From assembly GCA_039715015.1 (NCBI GenBank), contig JBDLIE010000027.1, positions 1 through 37,016 on the forward strand: 37,016 bases of DNA, in the 5' to 3' direction. Positions 35,650 through 37,016 of this stretch are shown piece after piece. How positions within the stretch are numbered: the first letter of the stretch is position 1; each line of letters starts with the position of its first letter. Origin of the DNA: Thermodesulfobacteriota bacterium (GTDB lineage Bacteria; Desulfobacterota; Desulfobulbia; Desulfobulbales; SURF-16). The notes under the pieces were generated by a model. The model ran no database searches, was not told the DNA's origin, and saw only the letters and a list, made by a program, of their open reading frames with translations. Made by a program: the position numbers and the translations under genes.

Positions 35650-36339
35650 ATGAACAGATATGTGGTGGCAAACTGGAAATCGAACAAGACCCTGGCTGAG
35701 TCCCGCCACTGGTTGAATCGTTTCCTTGAGCTTCACCGCCCCCTTCCCGCCCTCAAGGTCATTATTGCCCCGGCCTTTCCCTTTCTTTTTCCTCTGCACC
35801 AGATGCTTGTTGAGAGCAAGAGCGATGTACGGCTTGCCAGCCAGGATATCTCATCCTTTCCCGGCGGGGCCTACACCGGCTCAGTGGCAGCTGCCATGCT
35901 CAGGGAAGTGGTGGATTTCGCCCTTGTTGGTCACTCGGAGCGGCGGCGCTGGTTCCATGAAACAAATCAGGATGTGGCAAACAAGGTGGCTGAGGCCAGG
36001 GATGTGGGGATTACTCCCATTGTCTGTATTGACCAACCTTACGCCCGCACCCAGCTGGCTGCCCTAGCCGACCATGATCTGGGCGCGATAATTATCGGCT
36101 ATGGTCCGGTGGAGGCTGTTGGCGTTGATGTTTCCCCCTCCCCGCAGAGGATTGTCGAGGCTATAAGTGAGATAAAGGTTCTGGCCCCAGATAGTCCCAT
36201 TCTCTACGGTGGCTCTGTCAATGGCAAAAATGCCAAAGAGTATATGAAAATTGCGGGCATTTCTGGCCTGATGGTGGCCACGGCCAGCTTAGATCCTGAG
36301 GATTTTGTTGATATCTGTCAGCAAATTTCTGAAGAATAG
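35650..36339 (+). CDS. Triosephosphate isomerase-like protein lacking the canonical catalytic Glu
   Basis: ANWKSN, GAYTG, VGHSERR and LYGGSV are present, but YEP is YGP and VGGASL is VATASL. Confidence 0.85.
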   Translation: MNRYVVANWKSNKTLAESRHWLNRFLELHRPLPALKVIIAPAFPFLFPLHQMLVESKSDVRLASQDISSFPGGAYTGSVAAAMLREVVDFALVGHSERRRWFHETNQDVANKVAEARDVGITPIVCIDQPYARTQLAALADHDLGAIIIGYGPVEAVGVDVSPSPQRIVEAISEIKVLAPDSPILYGGSVNGKNAKEYMKIAGISGLMVATASLDPEDFVDICQQISEE

Positions 36340-36417
36340 ATAGGAGATAATGCTTTCTAAAGAGAGGTTCTCTTTACCAAGAGAGAAACCTTGGTTACGG
36401 AGAAAGGAGGAGTTGGG

Positions 36418-37016
36418 GTGGCAAAGGAGATAAAAAGCATTGAGCAGAAATCAATCTGGGATGACGCCCGTCAGATGTTGGCCAAGGCAGAAAAGGATGG
36501 GGTGGAAACCGCCTGGGATCGCCTTGAAAAGCAAAGTCCTCATTGTCAGTTCGGCGAAAGCGGCGTCTGTTGTCGGCTCTGTACCATGGGGCCCTGCCGG
36601 GTCGGTAAAAAGGCGGCCCACGGCGTCTGCGGTGCTGATGCCGATGTTATTGTGGCCCGTAATTTCGGTCGATTTGTCGCTGGTGGTTCAGCCGGGCACT
36701 CCGACCATGGCCGCGACTGCATTGAGGCCCTTCATGATGTGGCCCACGGCAAGACCAATGATTACGCTATCAAGGACGAGGCCAAGCTGCGCCGTATTGC
36801 CACTGAATTAGGAATTGCCGAGGAAGGCCGCGACAGCCTGGAGGTGGCCAGGGACCTGGCTGAGGAGTTTTTCAGCAACTACGGGAGCAGGCGCAACGAG
36901 GTTTCTTTTCTCTGCCGGCTGCCGGAAAAACGGAAGGATATCTGGCAAAATCTTGGCATGACGCCGCGCGGCGTGGACCGGGAGATTGCCGAGATGATGC
37001 ACCGCACCCATATGGG
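36418..37016 (+). CDS. cooS: Anaerobic carbon-monoxide dehydrogenase catalytic subunit, 5' part (runs off the window; not in the ORF track)
   Basis: AGGAGG RBS and GTG start; manual translation ...VETAWDR...HCQFGESGVCCRLCTMGPCR...GVCGADADVIVARN...GHSDHGR...EMMHRTHM. Confidence 0.95.
   Translation, partial: MAKEIKSIEQKSIWDDARQMLAKAEKDGVETAWDRLEKQSPHCQFGESGVCCRLCTMGPCRVGKKAAHGVCGADADVIVARNFGRFVAGGSAGHSDHGRDCIEALHDVAHGKTNDYAIKDEAKLRRIATELGIAEEGRDSLEVARDLAEEFFSNYGSRRNEVSFLCRLPEKRKDIWQNLGMTPRGVDREIAEMMHRTHM

Noticed and set aside
36440..36811. 123-aa plus-strand ORF in the track
   Set aside because: Out-of-frame overlap with the real cooS reading frame, which starts at 36418.
1..37016. CRISPR array, tRNA, rRNA or prophage
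   Set aside because: Repeats are dispersed or palindromic rather than regularly spaced. No cas, phage or structural RNA signatures were seen.

Overview
Chromosomal window, probably from a sulfur-cycling deltaproteobacterium (Desulfobulbales-like, inferred from the gene content). It holds about 38 CDSs: arsR and an ArsP-type permease, mutS with an amidase, two convergent DEAD-box helicases, rlmN, rnhA, rubredoxin, rubrerythrin, an orphan flgE-like gene, hsp20, pepF, a hybrid kinase, a TIM-like protein and the start of cooS. The rubredoxin and cooS genes are absent from the ORF track. The most interesting signal is two independent candidate selenoproteins that standard gene calling would hide. 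Each has an in-frame Cys-TGA followed 10-12 nt later by a very similar bacterial-SECIS-like hairpin. One is an exported monoheme cytochrome c that would end Cys-Sec-Arg, transcribed divergently from a TetR regulator. The other is an ArsP permease with a Cys-Sec N-terminal extension. The intergenic DNA is crowded with several nested non-autonomous repeat families: GTAG REP doublets, CCTTCG hairpins, MITE-like elements, a ~27-nt micro-element found only inside other repeats, and a Y1/RAYT transposase relic. Other oddities are a TIM homolog lacking the catalytic Glu, two in-frame domain deletions, and a possible pseudoknot in a helicase leader. No rRNA, tRNA or CRISPR array was seen. No database searches were run, so family calls rest on motif recognition.
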